A stretch of DNA of 63,555 nucleotides from an uncultured Eubacteriales bacterium (GCA_964580435.1 CAZOKP010000005.1:5613-69167), one strand, 5' to 3'. Positions 37,153-48,414 are shown, counted from the stretch's first letter. Notes: generated by a model not told the origin, from the sequence alone. A program made the numbers and translations.

Positions 37153-37917
37153 ATGATTACTTTTCCTATTATCGTCGTCGGTTTTGTCGTCCTATATTTG
37201 TTGAACTCGATCAAAATCTTAAGGGAATATGAACGCGGCGTTATCTTTCGCCTGGGACGCGTCCTCCCCCATCCCAAAGGCCCCGGTCTTATTTTTGTCT
37301 TTGCTCCGATCGACAGGATGATCAGGGTCAGCTTGAGGATTATTACCCTGGACATCCCGCCGCAAGATGTCATCACCAAGGACAACGTCTCGGTCAAGGT
37401 GAATGCCGTCGTATATTTCCGCGTCATGGACCCGCTCAAAGCGATCATCGAAGTCCAAGATTATCTTTATGCGACCTCCCAGCTTGCCCAGACGACCTTG
37501 CGCAGTGTGCTCGGCGAGGTCGAACTCGACGACCTCCTTTCTAAGAGAGAGAAGCTCAATGCCCAGCTCCAGGACATTCTGGACAAGCACACCGATCCCT
37601 GGGGGATCAAGGTCCAGCTCGTCGAAACAAAGCACGTTGACTTGCCCGACAACATGGTCAGGGCCATTGCCAAGCAGGCCGAGGCGGAAAGAGAAAGAAG
37701 GGCCAAGGTCATCCATGCCGATGGAGAGTTCCAAGCTGCTTCCAAGCTGACCGACGCCGCAGAGATCATCTCTCGAAATCCGCAGGCCCTTCAGCTACGC
37801 TATCTCCAGACCCTCACGGAGATCGCCGTCGAGAAGAATTCGACGATCGTCTTTCCCCTGCCCATCGAAATTTTGAAATCTTTTGGCTATGAGAAAGCGA
37901 AGTCCGAGAAACCATGA
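37153..37917 (+). CDS. Stomatin/slipin (SPFH) family protein
   Basis: [40 protein letters not shown]. Confidence 0.95.
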   Translation: MITFPIIVVGFVVLYLLNSIKILREYERGVIFRLGRVLPHPKGPGLIFVFAPIDRMIRVSLRIITLDIPPQDVITKDNVSVKVNAVVYFRVMDPLKAIIEVQDYLYATSQLAQTTLRSVLGEVELDDLLSKREKLNAQLQDILDKHTDPWGIKVQLVETKHVDLPDNMVRAIAKQAEAERERRAKVIHADGEFQAASKLTDAAEIISRNPQALQLRYLQTLTEIAVEKNSTIVFPLPIEILKSFGYEKAKSEKP

Positions 37918-38549
37918 TGAAAAACAGAGAATTCAGAGAATTGCAGGTCTCCAGTACTCAGCTGGCCATTATATTTCTGGGGATTCTGATCATCGGGGTC
38001 ATCATCTTCCTGCTTGGAGTTTCTGTGGGGAAAAAGCACGCTAAAATCGCCCAGAAATCGAACCTCATCGCCCAGCAGCAGCCTGAGCAGGTCAAAGAGA
38101 AGATATCCCTCCCGGAGACAAAGCCGTTGCTGCAGCCCGCCAAGACATCCACGAGGCAGGCTGCCCCCGGTCAAAAACAGGCCCCCGTCGAAAAGCCCAA
38201 GGAAGAGCCAAAAGCAGCTCTTAAAGTCGAGCCCGAGAGAGAAACGGACAAGAAGGTGGAGCCCAAGCTGGAGGCAAAGGTCACCGAGAGTGTTCCCGCA
38301 GCGAAAACGAACCTTTATTACGTCCAAGTCGGTGCGCTCGCAGACAGGCCGGCTGCTTTATCCACGGCCCAAAAATTCAAGACTCAGGGCTACCCGGCCC
38401 TTATTTTAGACCCTCTCCCCACGGACAGAAAGCCTGTTTTCCGGGTGAGGATTGGGGGATTTCAAACCAAGGAAGAAGCAGAATCCGCCAGAACAAAGTT
38501 AGCCTCAGCGGCCGGAAGGAAAACAGATTATTTCATCGTCAGAGATTAA
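37914..38549 (+). CDS. SPOR domain-containing membrane-anchored protein
   Basis: N-terminal TM, Pro/Glu/Lys linker, YYVQVGAL...FRVRIGGF. Confidence 0.88.
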   Translation: MMKNREFRELQVSSTQLAIIFLGILIIGVIIFLLGVSVGKKHAKIAQKSNLIAQQQPEQVKEKISLPETKPLLQPAKTSTRQAAPGQKQAPVEKPKEEPKAALKVEPERETDKKVEPKLEAKVTESVPAAKTNLYYVQVGALADRPAALSTAQKFKTQGYPALILDPLPTDRKPVFRVRIGGFQTKEEAESARTKLASAAGRKTDYFIVRD

Positions 38550-38563
38550 AGAATCCAGCGGCC

Positions 38564-40105
38564 ATGTCCTTTCTATTAGCCTGTTTAAGCGGCGCGCTTA
38601 CGGCTTTCTGCTTTCCCAAGATCAATTTATTCTTTCTGGCCTGGGTTTGTCTTATACCCCTGTTCTTTTCTCTGCTTAGAAAAAGGCCTGGGCGGTCATT
38701 CTTTCTGGGATTCTCGGGGGGTTTTGTCTATTACGCCATCCTGCTCTATTGGATCCCAGCGGTTCCGGCGCATTACGGCAATCTTTCTGCGATATTGAGC
38801 TTTCTCATATACCTTCTGCTTATCATTCTGATGGCCCTCTCCTGGGCAGGCTTTGCCTTTATTTTTGCTGCGCTGCGCTCAGCCTTCCCTCAGTCAGGCT
38901 TCATTTTGGCGCCTTTCATCTGGGTTGCCTTTGAATATATCTTCACCTTTTTCCTGACCGGTTTTCCCTGGGGCCTTTTGGGCTATAGTCAGGTAAAAAA
39001 TATCGCCTTTCTCCAGACGGCCTCAGTGGCGGGAGTATACGGGCTTTCCTTCGTGCTCGTCCTCCTCCAGAGCTTTTTTGTCCTGTCCCTAAAAAGCCGG
39101 AAGAGATGGCCTTTTTCCTTGGCCCTGGCGGCTGTTCTGGCTGTCCATTTGGCCGGCTTCCTCAGCCTCAAGGTCCCCGCCCCTTCGAAAGACACTTTCA
39201 AAGCGGCTGTGCTTCAGGGGAACGTTTCCTCGGACATTTACTGGGACCGCATTTCTGCGCCCGAGATCGAGGGCCTTTTCAAACAGCATCTCGACCTTAG
39301 CCGCCAGGCCTATCTGCAGGGGGCCAGGCTGATCATCTGGCCGGAATTTTCCGTCCCTCTCTGTTTTAGCTGCAACGAACCGCTCTACAGGTCTTTTAAG
39401 GAGACGCTTTTTCAATTTGTCAGGGAGACAAAGTGCACACTCCTTCTCGGCACCAACGAAACCGCTTCCGAAGGCGGTGAACTCCGTTATTTCAATACAG
39501 CCCTCTGCCTCAGCCCCGACCTCTCCATGACGCAATATTACAAAATGCATCTCGTTCCCTTTGGCGAGTACACTCCCTATAAGAAAATATTCTCTTTTAT
39601 TGAAAAGGTGACTCACGCGATCGGGGATGTAACTCCTGGCAAACAGCATGTCCTGCATTCTTTCGAGGGGAAAAAATTCGGTTCCCCTATCTGCTATGAG
39701 GTCATCTTTCCCAAGCTTGTTTGCAAATTTTCGGAAAAGGGCGCCGAATTCCTCGTGACCATCACCAACGACGGTTGGTATGGAACAAGCCCGGCTCCTT
39801 ACCAGCATTTCTTGATTGCCGTGTTCAGGGCGGTTGAGAACAGGCGTTTCCTGCTACGGGCCGCGACAACGGGCATAAGCGGAATCGTCGACCCCTGCGG
39901 GCGGATTCTCTCCCGCTCAGAGCTCATGACCCAGACCTATTTGACGGGAGATATTACGCCCCTTAAAAAACTCTCTTTCTATGCCCGCTTTGGCGACGTG
40001 CTTCCCGTCCTGAGCTTGACTTTGACCTGCATCTTCTTTATTCTGGCCTTGGCAAAGAGAGCCGATGAAAGAAAAAAAGCAGACCGCAGCAGACAAGTCA
40101 TCTGA
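38564..40105 (+). CDS. lnt: Apolipoprotein N-acyltransferase
   Basis: FPWGLLGYSQ, IWPEF, KMHLVPFGEY, ICYE, TNDGWYG, RAVENRR. Confidence 0.95.
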   Translation: MSFLLACLSGALTAFCFPKINLFFLAWVCLIPLFFSLLRKRPGRSFFLGFSGGFVYYAILLYWIPAVPAHYGNLSAILSFLIYLLLIILMALSWAGFAFIFAALRSAFPQSGFILAPFIWVAFEYIFTFFLTGFPWGLLGYSQVKNIAFLQTASVAGVYGLSFVLVLLQSFFVLSLKSRKRWPFSLALAAVLAVHLAGFLSLKVPAPSKDTFKAAVLQGNVSSDIYWDRISAPEIEGLFKQHLDLSRQAYLQGARLIIWPEFSVPLCFSCNEPLYRSFKETLFQFVRETKCTLLLGTNETASEGGELRYFNTALCLSPDLSMTQYYKMHLVPFGEYTPYKKIFSFIEKVTHAIGDVTPGKQHVLHSFEGKKFGSPICYEVIFPKLVCKFSEKGAEFLVTITNDGWYGTSPAPYQHFLIAVFRAVENRRFLLRAATTGISGIVDPCGRILSRSELMTQTYLTGDITPLKKLSFYARFGDVLPVLSLTLTCIFFILALAKRADERKKADRSRQVI

Positions 40106-41202
40106 GCTTGAAGCAGAGATCAAACAACATCTGCTCAAGTTTGAAGAGCTCAGAGGCTTTCTTTGACATAGCCAGCAAAAAAGCCGAAGCCCAAGCTATC
40201 CATAAAGAGCTTACTTCGCCGGACACCTGGCAGGATCAAACAAAGTTCCAATCCCTGCAGCAGAAAAAAAAGAAGTTAGACCGGGGCCTACGTTTTTTCT
40301 CCGGCCTGGAGGAAAAAAAGGAAGAAGTCGAAGTCCTCGCTGAGCTGGCCGCGGAGGGGGAAAATGTTGCTGAAGACCTCGAGCGAGCCTTGACTATATT
40401 CGGGAAAAAACTTGAAGAAGCCGAACTTCAAACCCTTTTTTTTGAGGAAGATGACGGCAGGAATGCCATCCTGACGATCCATCCCGGGGCCGGTGGGACC
40501 GAATCACAGGACTGGGCCCAGATCCTCCTCAGGATGTACCTTCGGTACGCCGAACGCATTGACTATAAGACTGAGGTCCTCGATATCATGCCCGGCGAGG
40601 AAGCCGGGATTAAAAGCGTTACCGTCCGTGTGGAAGGCGACTATGCTTACGGCAACTTGAGCCAGGAATCCGGGGTTCATCGCCTTGTCCGGATCTCGCC
40701 TTTTGACGCCAATAAAAGGCGCCACACCTCTTTTGCCGCCGTGTTCGTTTTCCCTGAGGTCGAGGAGGATATTGCCATCGCTATCAATCCCGAGGACCTG
40801 CGGATAGACACTTACCGGTCCTCGGGCCGGGGCGGCCAGCACGTCAATGTCACCGATTCGGCCGTCCGCATCACCCATATTCCTACCGGGATTGTCGTCC
40901 AGTGCCAGAGCGAAAGGTCTCAACACAAGAACAAAGCGGCCGCGCTGAAGGTCCTCAAGGCCCGGCTCTATGAAAGGGAGAAGAAAAAGCAGCTTGAAAA
41001 GTTCGAAAAAATGGAGGAATCCAAGTCGGATATCGCCTGGGGCAATCAAATCAGGTCCTACGTTCTCCACCCCTACCGGATGATCAAAGACCTGCGCACG
41101 AAAGTAGAGACCGGGGATGTCGATAAAATCTTGGACGGCGAGCTGGACGAGTTCATCAAAGCCAGCCTTGTCCTGAGAAAAAAATCGGCGCAAGCGTCCT
41201 AA
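40065..41202 (+). CDS. prfB: Peptide chain release factor 2 (programmed +1 frameshift after codon 33)
   Basis: ATG 40065...CTT TGA C then +1 frame DIASKK; SPF and GGQ motifs. Confidence 0.96.
40152..40167 (+). promoter_or_regulatory. RF2 programmed +1 ribosomal frameshift site
   Basis: Internal SD AGAGG, spacer, CTT TGA C (stop at 40164-40166). Confidence 0.93.
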
Positions 41203-41361
41203 CCCTTCGGTTTTTTCTTCAGCTCGTCCCAGGTCTGTCCTCTATCCTCAAGGCTCACGTGTCCCAGGGCCAGCCGTCTTGGCTCCGTAAGACCCTCAGA
41301 TCTCGACAAGCCTCTCAAATTTTTCTCCCGCTCTTATCGTCGGCTCCATCTTTTCTCCCCC

Positions 41362-41390
41362 TTGAATTCTTCCGCATAAAAAAGTAATAT
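41362..41390 (+). promoter_or_regulatory. Sigma-70-type promoter TTGAAT-N17-TAATAT
   Basis: 17-bp spacing upstream of DUF1844-ribF. Confidence 0.5.
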
Positions 41391-41474
41391 AGCCTTCTAA
41401 GAACATAACTTGGGCCCGAATAAATATTAATTCCTGCTTGCCCGATAGAGATAAAATCAACCAAGAGGATGATA

Positions 41475-41801
41475 ATGTCGGAAAAAGATTCTTCAGAGAA
41501 GGACCCGATAAAATCGGAAAACGGAGAATCCAAGAAGGAGTTCCTTCCGCCCCTCGATTTCAGTTCCATCGTCTTTCCGTTTTATACCCAAGCCCTGTTC
41601 AAGATGGGCATCCTGGAAGACACGACTGAGCCCAAGGGCGAAGAGAATGTGGAATTGGCCCGCCGGCTGATCGATATCCTTGACCTCCTGAAGGACAGGA
41701 CCAAGGGAAATCTCAATCCTGATGAGGAGAAATTCCTCCAATCGTGCCTCGAACAGCTGAAGATGCATTACTTGGAGAAGGCCAAGATCATTAAATACTG
41801 A
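41475..41801 (+). CDS. DUF1844 family protein
   Basis: LDFSSIV, ARRLIDILDLLKDRTKGNL, EEKFLQSCL. Confidence 0.8.
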   Translation: MSEKDSSEKDPIKSENGESKKEFLPPLDFSSIVFPFYTQALFKMGILEDTTEPKGEENVELARRLIDILDLLKDRTKGNLNPDEEKFLQSCLEQLKMHYLEKAKIIKY

Positions 41802-41805
41802 AGCC

Positions 41806-42732
41806 ATGCAGGTCTTTAAAGGACTCGATCGCTGGCCGCCTCCAACCCGTCCTGCGGCAGTAGCAATAGGGAACTTCGACGGCGTTCACCTCGGGCATCA
41901 AAAGATTCTGCGGTTCCTCGTCGATAGAGCCAGGGAGAGGCGACTTTATTCTCTTGTCCTGACATTCTCCCCCCATCCAGAAAGAGTTCTAGGCAGGAGC
42001 CGCATCGCCATGATTCAAACCCTGGCCCAGAGACTGGCGCGAATAAGGGCGCATGGCATCCAGGCCATTGTCGTCACGCCTTTCGACCGGAGGTTCTCGA
42101 GCTTGTCAGGCCAGGAATTTGTTCGGGAAATCATTGTCCGCTCTCTCCGAGCCAAGGAGGTTATTGTCGGGGAGAATTTCCGTTTTGGCCGCAACCGCTC
42201 CGGCACGATCGATGACCTTCGGCGACTCGGTTCAAGACTCGGATTTATCATTCATCCGATCCCGGCCGTTGCCCATAACGGCCAGGTCGTCAGCAGCAGT
42301 CTCATCCGGCTCCTCCTTGCTCAGGGGAAAATTAAAAACGCCAATGCCCTCCTGGGCCGGCCTTACGAAATCGATGGGACGGTCATAAAAGGTGCCTCGA
42401 GAGGGACATCTCTCGGGTTTCCCACCACCAACACTCAGACAATCAATGAAATCACGCCAGAAGGCGTCTTTTTCACAGAAGCACAAATCAGCCGCCGGAA
42501 CTATCCTTCCGTGACCAATATCGGGACTCGTCCGACGTTCGGAGAGCACACGCTTGAGATTGAATCCTTCCTTTTGGATTTTCAAGGAAATGCCTACCGA
42601 AAAAAGATCAGGCTTCGCTTTCTCAAAAAGCTCAGGGCTGAGCGAAAATTCCGCACCTCGCAAGCTCTGGTGAAGCGGATCCGTCAAGATATTGCCGCTG
42701 CCAAGAAATTCTTTGCTCACAGAAAGGATTGA
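41806..42732 (+). CDS. ribF: Bifunctional riboflavin kinase/FAD synthetase
   Basis: IGNFDGVHLGH, LTFSPHP, GENFRFG, LGFPT, NIGTRPTF. Confidence 0.96.
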   Translation: MQVFKGLDRWPPPTRPAAVAIGNFDGVHLGHQKILRFLVDRARERRLYSLVLTFSPHPERVLGRSRIAMIQTLAQRLARIRAHGIQAIVVTPFDRRFSSLSGQEFVREIIVRSLRAKEVIVGENFRFGRNRSGTIDDLRRLGSRLGFIIHPIPAVAHNGQVVSSSLIRLLLAQGKIKNANALLGRPYEIDGTVIKGASRGTSLGFPTTNTQTINEITPEGVFFTEAQISRRNYPSVTNIGTRPTFGEHTLEIESFLLDFQGNAYRKKIRLRFLKKLRAERKFRTSQALVKRIRQDIAAAKKFFAHRKD

Positions 42733-42757
42733 CTTTTTTCCCCGCTTGGTGCATTTT
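42729..42757 (+). promoter_or_regulatory. Sigma-70-type promoter TTGACT-N17-CATTTT
   Basis: 17-bp spacing, extended TG, upstream of pyrR. Confidence 0.45.
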
Positions 42758-42792
42758 CATGGGAGATTCGTCAAGAATTTAGGAGACTGCTC

Positions 42793-43347
42793 ATGGACGA
42801 AAAAATCAAAGCCAGGGTCATGGACGCCGGCAAAATTAAAAGATCCCTTGACCGGATGACGACCGAGATCCTGGAGCGGAACCGCAACCTGAAAAACCTG
42901 GTGATCGTGGGCATAAGAACCAGGGGAATTTATTTGGGCAAGCGTATATCCCAGCTGATCAAAGAGCTTGAAAAAATCGATATTCCCGTGGGAGTTTTAG
43001 ACATCACTCTCTACCGGGATGATTTCTCCGAGCTCGAAACTCAGCACATGGTCCAAAAAACGGAAATCGACTTTCCCATTTCCAAAAAAGATGTTCTTCT
43101 CATCGACGATGTCCTTTTTACAGGACGGACGATCAGGGCGGCCATGGACAGCCTTTTTGACCTGGGACGACCGCAAAGTATCCAGCTTCTTGTGCTCATC
43201 GACCGCGGACACCGCGAGCTGCCCATTCGCGCAGACTATACGGGAAAAGTCCTTCCCACGTCCAAGAGGGAGATCGTCCAGGTAAGGCTCATGGAAATCG
43301 ATGAGACGGATGAGGTCCTCATCACCGAGTCCGCCAAGCTCGAATAG
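42793..43347 (+). CDS. pyrR: Bifunctional pyr operon regulator/uracil phosphoribosyltransferase
   Basis: [36 protein letters not shown]. Confidence 0.96.
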   Translation: MDEKIKARVMDAGKIKRSLDRMTTEILERNRNLKNLVIVGIRTRGIYLGKRISQLIKELEKIDIPVGVLDITLYRDDFSELETQHMVQKTEIDFPISKKDVLLIDDVLFTGRTIRAAMDSLFDLGRPQSIQLLVLIDRGHRELPIRADYTGKVLPTSKREIVQVRLMEIDETDEVLITESAKLE

Positions 43348-43354
43348 GAGACGC

Positions 43355-44296
43355 ATGTTGGAATTTAAGCAGAGACATCTCCTGGGCATTCAGAATCTCG
43401 ACGTCTCGGATATCATGACGATTTTGGATACTGCTGAATCCCTGGCCGAGATCTCCACCCGAGAGGTCAAAAAAGTCCCGACCTTGAGAGGCAAGACCGT
43501 CGTCAACCTGTTTTTTGAGCCGAGTACGAGGACGCGCAGCTCCTTTGAGCTGGCCGCCAAAAGACTGAGCGCCGACATCATCAACTTCAGCCAGCAGACG
43601 AGCAGCGTGGTCAAGGGAGAGACATTGAAGGACACGGTTCTCAACCTTGAGGCCATGAACCCCGACGCCCTGATCATCAGGCACTCATGTTCTGGGGCTC
43701 CCTACTTCGTTTCGACATTCTGCCGCTCTCACGTCATCAACGCGGGTGACGGATCGCACGAACATCCTACCCAGGCCCTGCTCGATGCCTTCACCATAAG
43801 GCAACAGAAGAAAAGCTTCAAGAACCTTAAGGTCGTTATCGTTGGCGACATCCTGCACAGCAGGGTGGCCCGCTCGAACGTCTTTCTACTTCAGAAAGTG
43901 GGAGCTCAGGTGACTCTTGTCGGCCCCCCTCCTCTTCTTCCGGCAGAGTTCAAGAATTTCGGCACGCAAATCTCTTACGACCTGGACAGAGCTCTGGAAG
44001 GGGCGGACGTCATCATGATGCTTCGCATTCAGAAGGAAAGGCAGAAAGCCAACTTCTTTCCGTCCACTCGAGAATACCGTAACCTCTATTGCCTGACAGA
44101 AAAAAGATACTGTCTGGCCAATAAAGATGCCATTATCATGCATCCAGGCCCGATTAACCGCGGAGTGGAAATCTCCTCGGAAATGGCCGATTCGGTGAAA
44201 TCAGTCATCTTGAAACAAGTCGAAAATGGGATCTCGATTCGGATGGCTGTCCTCTATCTTCTCTTAGGAGGAAAAGAGCGTGAGACTGCTGATTAA
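43355..44296 (+). CDS. pyrB: Aspartate carbamoyltransferase catalytic subunit
   Basis: [35 protein letters not shown]; AGGAG RBS before 43355. Confidence 0.97.
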   Translation: MLEFKQRHLLGIQNLDVSDIMTILDTAESLAEISTREVKKVPTLRGKTVVNLFFEPSTRTRSSFELAAKRLSADIINFSQQTSSVVKGETLKDTVLNLEAMNPDALIIRHSCSGAPYFVSTFCRSHVINAGDGSHEHPTQALLDAFTIRQQKKSFKNLKVVIVGDILHSRVARSNVFLLQKVGAQVTLVGPPPLLPAEFKNFGTQISYDLDRALEGADVIMMLRIQKERQKANFFPSTREYRNLYCLTEKRYCLANKDAIIMHPGPINRGVEISSEMADSVKSVILKQVENGISIRMAVLYLLLGGKERETAD

Positions 44297-45560
44297 AAAC
44301 GGAAGAGTCGTTGACCCCTCTTCTGGGATAGATGAGACCCTGGATATCCTTGTCGACAGGGGTAAGATCGTCGACCTCAGAGCCAAGATCGAAGCAGATA
44401 ATGCCCAGGTCGTCGATGCTTCAAGGCTCGTCGTGGCTCCTGGTTTCATCGATATGCACGCCCATCTCAGAGAGCCCGGTCAGGAAGACAAGGAGGACAT
44501 TTTCACGGCCTCCCTTGCTGCCGCCAAAGGAGGGTTCACTTCTCTCTGTGCCATGCCCAACACCCATCCGGTCAATGACAGCCGAGGTGTGACGGAATAT
44601 ATCCTTTCCGAAGCGAACAAGAGGGCCCGAGTGAATATCTTCCCGGTCGCAGCCATCACCATGAACCTCAAGGGAGAGGAGCTTACGGATATGGCCGATC
44701 TTGTCAGCGCCGGCGCCGTGGCCTTCTCTGACGATGGGAAGTGTATCCAGAACAGTCTTGTGATGAGACGGGCTCTGGAGTACTCGAATTTCCTCCAGGC
44801 GCTAATCATTGACCATTGCGAGGATTCGAGCCTCAGCCAGGACGGGCTCATGCATGAGGGCTTCTCTTCTCATCTCTTCGGGCTCGAAGGCATCCCCGCC
44901 TCAGCCGAAGATATAATGGTTGCGCGGGACGTCATCCTGGCCGAAGCGGCGAACGCCCGAATCCATATCGCTCACCTCAGCACTCGCGGCGCCGTTTATC
45001 TCGTTCGGGAAGCCAAGAAAAGAAAAGTCAAGGTCACGGCCGAGGTCACGCCGCATCATTTGATCCTCACCGACTCAGCTCTCGAGAGCTACAGCACCAA
45101 TCTTAAGGTCAATCCTCCCTTGCGTGGCCAGGACGATGTTCAGGCCCTTCTAGCTGCCGTCAAGGAAGGCGCGATCGATGTCTTCGCCACCGACCACGCG
45201 CCCCATTCACCGGAGGAAAAGGACGTCGAGTTCGACCGGGCACCGTTTGGCATCAACGGCCTGGAGACAGCGGTTTCTTTGCTCTTGGACAAATTGGTGA
45301 ACAAAAACATCATCTCCTTGCCGCGGTTCGTGGAGATGATATCAACCCGGCCGGCCCAGATCCTGGGCCTCAAGGATAAAGGCCGCATCGCAGCGGGCGC
45401 GGATGCAGACCTGACCATCCTCAACCTGCACAAAGAGGTCGTTGTGGACGTCCATGGATTTCTCTCCAAAAGCCGGAACAATCCCTTTCACGGCTGGAAG
45501 CTGAGAGGAGCTCCAACAATGACAATCGTCGCCGGAAAGATCGTTGATCCCTGGTCATAA
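44280..45560 (+). CDS. pyrC: Dihydroorotase (type I)
   Basis: [34 protein letters not shown]. Confidence 0.96.
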   Translation: MRLLIKNGRVVDPSSGIDETLDILVDRGKIVDLRAKIEADNAQVVDASRLVVAPGFIDMHAHLREPGQEDKEDIFTASLAAAKGGFTSLCAMPNTHPVNDSRGVTEYILSEANKRARVNIFPVAAITMNLKGEELTDMADLVSAGAVAFSDDGKCIQNSLVMRRALEYSNFLQALIIDHCEDSSLSQDGLMHEGFSSHLFGLEGIPASAEDIMVARDVILAEAANARIHIAHLSTRGAVYLVREAKKRKVKVTAEVTPHHLILTDSALESYSTNLKVNPPLRGQDDVQALLAAVKEGAIDVFATDHAPHSPEEKDVEFDRAPFGINGLETAVSLLLDKLVNKNIISLPRFVEMISTRPAQILGLKDKGRIAAGADADLTILNLHKEVVVDVHGFLSKSRNNPFHGWKLRGAPTMTIVAGKIVDPWS

Positions 45561-45571
45561 GCCCCAAAAAT

Positions 45572-46312
45572 ATGACCGCGAATCTGGCCCAGCTTGAGAA
45601 AGCCATCGGCGTTCATTTTCGAGATCAAGAGCTGCTGCTCCGGGCGTTGACCCATAGTTCTTATGCCTATGAAAATCAGCCCAAAGGTCTGACGGACAAT
45701 GAGGTCCTGGAATTCCTTGGAGATTCGGTCGTCGGGCTTGTGTTGGCCGATTTTTTCTGCGCCACCTACCCCGGCGCTGCCGAAGGCGAGCTCTCCAAGT
45801 ACAAAGCGGCGGCGGCCAGCACCCTGTCTCTTTCCCAGTTTGCCAAAAAAATCAAGCTCGATAAATACATCCTTCTAGGAATAGGAGAGGAAAGAAGCGG
45901 CGGCCGCAAAAAAAGGACCATTCTGGCCGGAGCCTTGGAGGCCCTGGTGGGCGCGGTCTATTTGGATCAAGGCTATGATAGAGCCCGGAGACTGCTCCTC
46001 CCGCTCCTCGATAAATCCTACAAGAAAGTGGACAGCCACAAGTTCCTGATCAACAATTATAAGTCCGCCCTTCAGGAACATTTTCAGAAGGAGAACCTTC
46101 CTGCGCCCGTTTATAAGACTTTGACTTCGGTCGGACCAGACCACAAAAAGACCTTTTTCGTGGAGGTCTGTCTCGGGCATTATCCTCTGGCCAAGGCCAA
46201 GGGCTTCTCTAAAAAGAGCGCCGAGCAGAAGGCGGCGCAGATTGCCCTAAGGAGTTTGCTCGGGAAAAAAATGAAGACCCTGACCAGCGAAACGTTTATC
46301 CTGAAAAAATGA
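45572..46312 (+). CDS. rnc: Ribonuclease III
   Basis: ALTHSSY, NEVLEFLGDSV, EALVGAVYLD, dsRBD (YKSALQE, GPDHKK). Confidence 0.96.
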   Translation: MTANLAQLEKAIGVHFRDQELLLRALTHSSYAYENQPKGLTDNEVLEFLGDSVVGLVLADFFCATYPGAAEGELSKYKAAAASTLSLSQFAKKIKLDKYILLGIGEERSGGRKKRTILAGALEALVGAVYLDQGYDRARRLLLPLLDKSYKKVDSHKFLINNYKSALQEHFQKENLPAPVYKTLTSVGPDHKKTFFVEVCLGHYPLAKAKGFSKKSAEQKAAQIALRSLLGKKMKTLTSETFILKK

Positions 46313-46647
46313 TCCGAAGCTACGATTTCGGCGCCATGGTGATAGACGGGCAAGAATATTTCGCCGACTTGGTCATCTTGCCCCGAAAGATCAATTCGGC
46401 GTGGTGGCGCAAAGAGGGACACAAGCTCGCCTTGGTGGACCTTGAGGATGTGTTGAAAGAAGATATCGAAGCCCTTGTCGTCGGGACGGGATTCTTCGGC
46501 CTGATGAAGGTGCAGCAGGATGTTCTTGAAGCGGCCCGCGTGAAAGGCCTTATCCTCCACATCGAAAAGACCCAAAAGGCGGTGCAGATCTTTAATCAGC
46601 TTTTTTCGCAGATAAAAACAGCTGGCGCGTTCCACCTCACCTGTTGA
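46309..46647 (+). CDS. Mth938/DUF498-like protein
   Basis: IRSYDFGAMVIDG, LVVGTG, C-terminal FHLTC. Confidence 0.85.
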   Translation: MIRSYDFGAMVIDGQEYFADLVILPRKINSAWWRKEGHKLALVDLEDVLKEDIEALVVGTGFFGLMKVQQDVLEAARVKGLILHIEKTQKAVQIFNQLFSQIKTAGAFHLTC

Positions 46648-46661
46648 AGCGAGAAAAGAAC

Positions 46662-47291
46662 ATGATTAAATGCTCCCGTTGCAGAGAGAGAAAAGCGAAA
46701 AGGCTTTGCCCGGCTCTGGGCAACGACCTCTGTCCGCTCTGCTGCGGAATCCTGAGGGAAAAGAAAATCCATTGTCCGGCCGACTGTTCCTTTCTGATTA
46801 AGCACAAACCCTACCAAGAGAAGAAGGTCATCGAGAAAAAGCCGACCTTCTCCGCAGACATCCTCCAGGATGAAAGGCTCAACTGGCTGACCTTGAACAT
46901 CGAAGCCCCACTCGAGGAATATGGAGAAAGAGACCGCGCCTTTGCCGACAGAGAGGCGATTCTGGCCCTCGAATATGCCAAAGAAAAAGTGGAGAAAGGA
47001 AAATCAGCCCTTGTCCTCCCGAAAGAAGAAGACAAACTGAAAAATGATCTGGGGGAGGCAATATTCCAGAACATTGAGCAGTGCCATTACCAAAGGAAAA
47101 TTATTCTTCCCCAAGGCCTGGAAACATACAAAAAAGAAGAAAAGCTAAAATGCCTGGAAAATGCCATCGTGGCGGTTAAGCATCTGGCCAAGAGAAATAT
47201 CCGGGGCAGGAATTACATCGAGGACCTCAGCCGGCGTTTCGCCAGGATCAAAGACGCCTCCGAGCAAAAAAGAATCATCAGCCCGGCCTGA
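46662..47291 (+). CDS. Hypothetical protein with N-terminal 8-Cys cluster
   Basis: CSRC...CPAL...CPLCC...CPADC in the first 42 aa. Confidence 0.7.
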   Translation: MIKCSRCRERKAKRLCPALGNDLCPLCCGILREKKIHCPADCSFLIKHKPYQEKKVIEKKPTFSADILQDERLNWLTLNIEAPLEEYGERDRAFADREAILALEYAKEKVEKGKSALVLPKEEDKLKNDLGEAIFQNIEQCHYQRKIILPQGLETYKKEEKLKCLENAIVAVKHLAKRNIRGRNYIEDLSRRFARIKDASEQKRIISPA

Positions 47292-47302
47292 GCCTCATCG
47301 GC

Positions 47303-48322
47303 TCAACCGCTCATCATTTCGGCAATGGGCTGAAGAGCAGGAATATTGCTGCAAATGATCTTGACCACGGCCATAAGAGGAACAGCCAGGATCATCCCGG
47401 GGATCCCCCACAGCCAGCCCCAGAAAATGAGAGAAAGGAGTACCACCAGCGGGCTCAGCCCCAGCCCTTGCCCCATCATCTTCGGCTCCAAAACATTGCC
47501 TATGACGACATCGATAACGATGAGAATAAGGAAAATCCATAAAGTGGGCCAGAGGCTGTTCAATTGAACGGCCGCAGCCAGAACGCATAAGGCCAGCGCC
47601 ACGACCGATCCCAGGCTGGGAATGTAGTTGAGAACAAACGTCAGGAAGCCAAGGACGATTGCATAATCGACGCCAAAGATGGCCAGGACGGCTGTCGTGA
47701 TGATTCCCGAGATGATGCTGATACCAGTTTTTATGATCAAGTACTTCTGGATTTGACCATCGATGTTATCGATGATCTGGTTGACCTTCTTTGCCCGGGT
47801 CGGAGAAAACGATTTATCCACCTTGACCTTGAGCTTGCCCCGTCCCGCCAGCATAAAGACAAGAAAGACAAAAATCAGGGCGAACGTAGAGAAAAATGAA
47901 AAAATTCTATCCAGAGAAGTCAGGACCAGAGAGGCCAATTTATGGGGATTGAGACTCTTGCTCCAGGCCCAGGGATCCCAATTCTCCTCGGTCAGCTTTA
48001 ATTCTTGCCTTACCGATTGAAGGAACTCATTCAGTTTCTCGCTGTACTGGGGCAATGAGTTGGCAAAATCTTTGCCGCTGGTATAGATGAGGATGCCGAA
48101 AAGATAAAGGACAAAAAAAGCGACCACAACGATAAAAAGGAGGGCCAGGCCTCGAGGAATCTTTAGTCGAGTTAGGAAATCCAAGGCCGGAGAGAGGATG
48201 AAGTAGAACAGAATGGCCAGGAAAAAAGGAAAAAAAACTGGCTTGGCCAGCCGCAGGATAACGCCCAGGACAACAACCAGGATCACTCCTGAAGTGATGG
48301 CAACAATCTTGTTATCTTCCAT
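47303..48322 (-). CDS. AI-2E family transporter
   Basis: PFFLA, LNYIPSLG, GNVLEPK, GLSPLVVLLSLIFWGWLWGIPGMILAVP. Confidence 0.93.
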   Translation of the reverse strand: MEDNKIVAITSGVILVVVLGVILRLAKPVFFPFFLAILFYFILSPALDFLTRLKIPRGLALLFIVVVAFFVLYLFGILIYTSGKDFANSLPQYSEKLNEFLQSVRQELKLTEENWDPWAWSKSLNPHKLASLVLTSLDRIFSFFSTFALIFVFLVFMLAGRGKLKVKVDKSFSPTRAKKVNQIIDNIDGQIQKYLIIKTGISIISGIITTAVLAIFGVDYAIVLGFLTFVLNYIPSLGSVVALALCVLAAAVQLNSLWPTLWIFLILIVIDVVIGNVLEPKMMGQGLGLSPLVVLLSLIFWGWLWGIPGMILAVPLMAVVKIICSNIPALQPIAEMMSG

Positions 48323-48414
48323 TAGATTTTATATTATACATTTTCTCTCTGAAATATTGAACTGGAATAGGTGAAATCGGCCTCTCCGTTCTCCCCTTCC
48401 CTTAAGAGCTCTCT

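Noticed and set aside
35916-37448. 510-aa minus-strand ORF
   Set aside because: Antisense to nfeD/stomatin; shadow ORF
40108-41202. ORF-track start of prfB (MKQRSNN...)
   Set aside because: Out-of-frame artefact upstream of the frameshift; the real start is 40065
41201-41220. Possible terminator after prfB
   Set aside because: Stem is only 4 bp (AACC/GGTT), too weak to call
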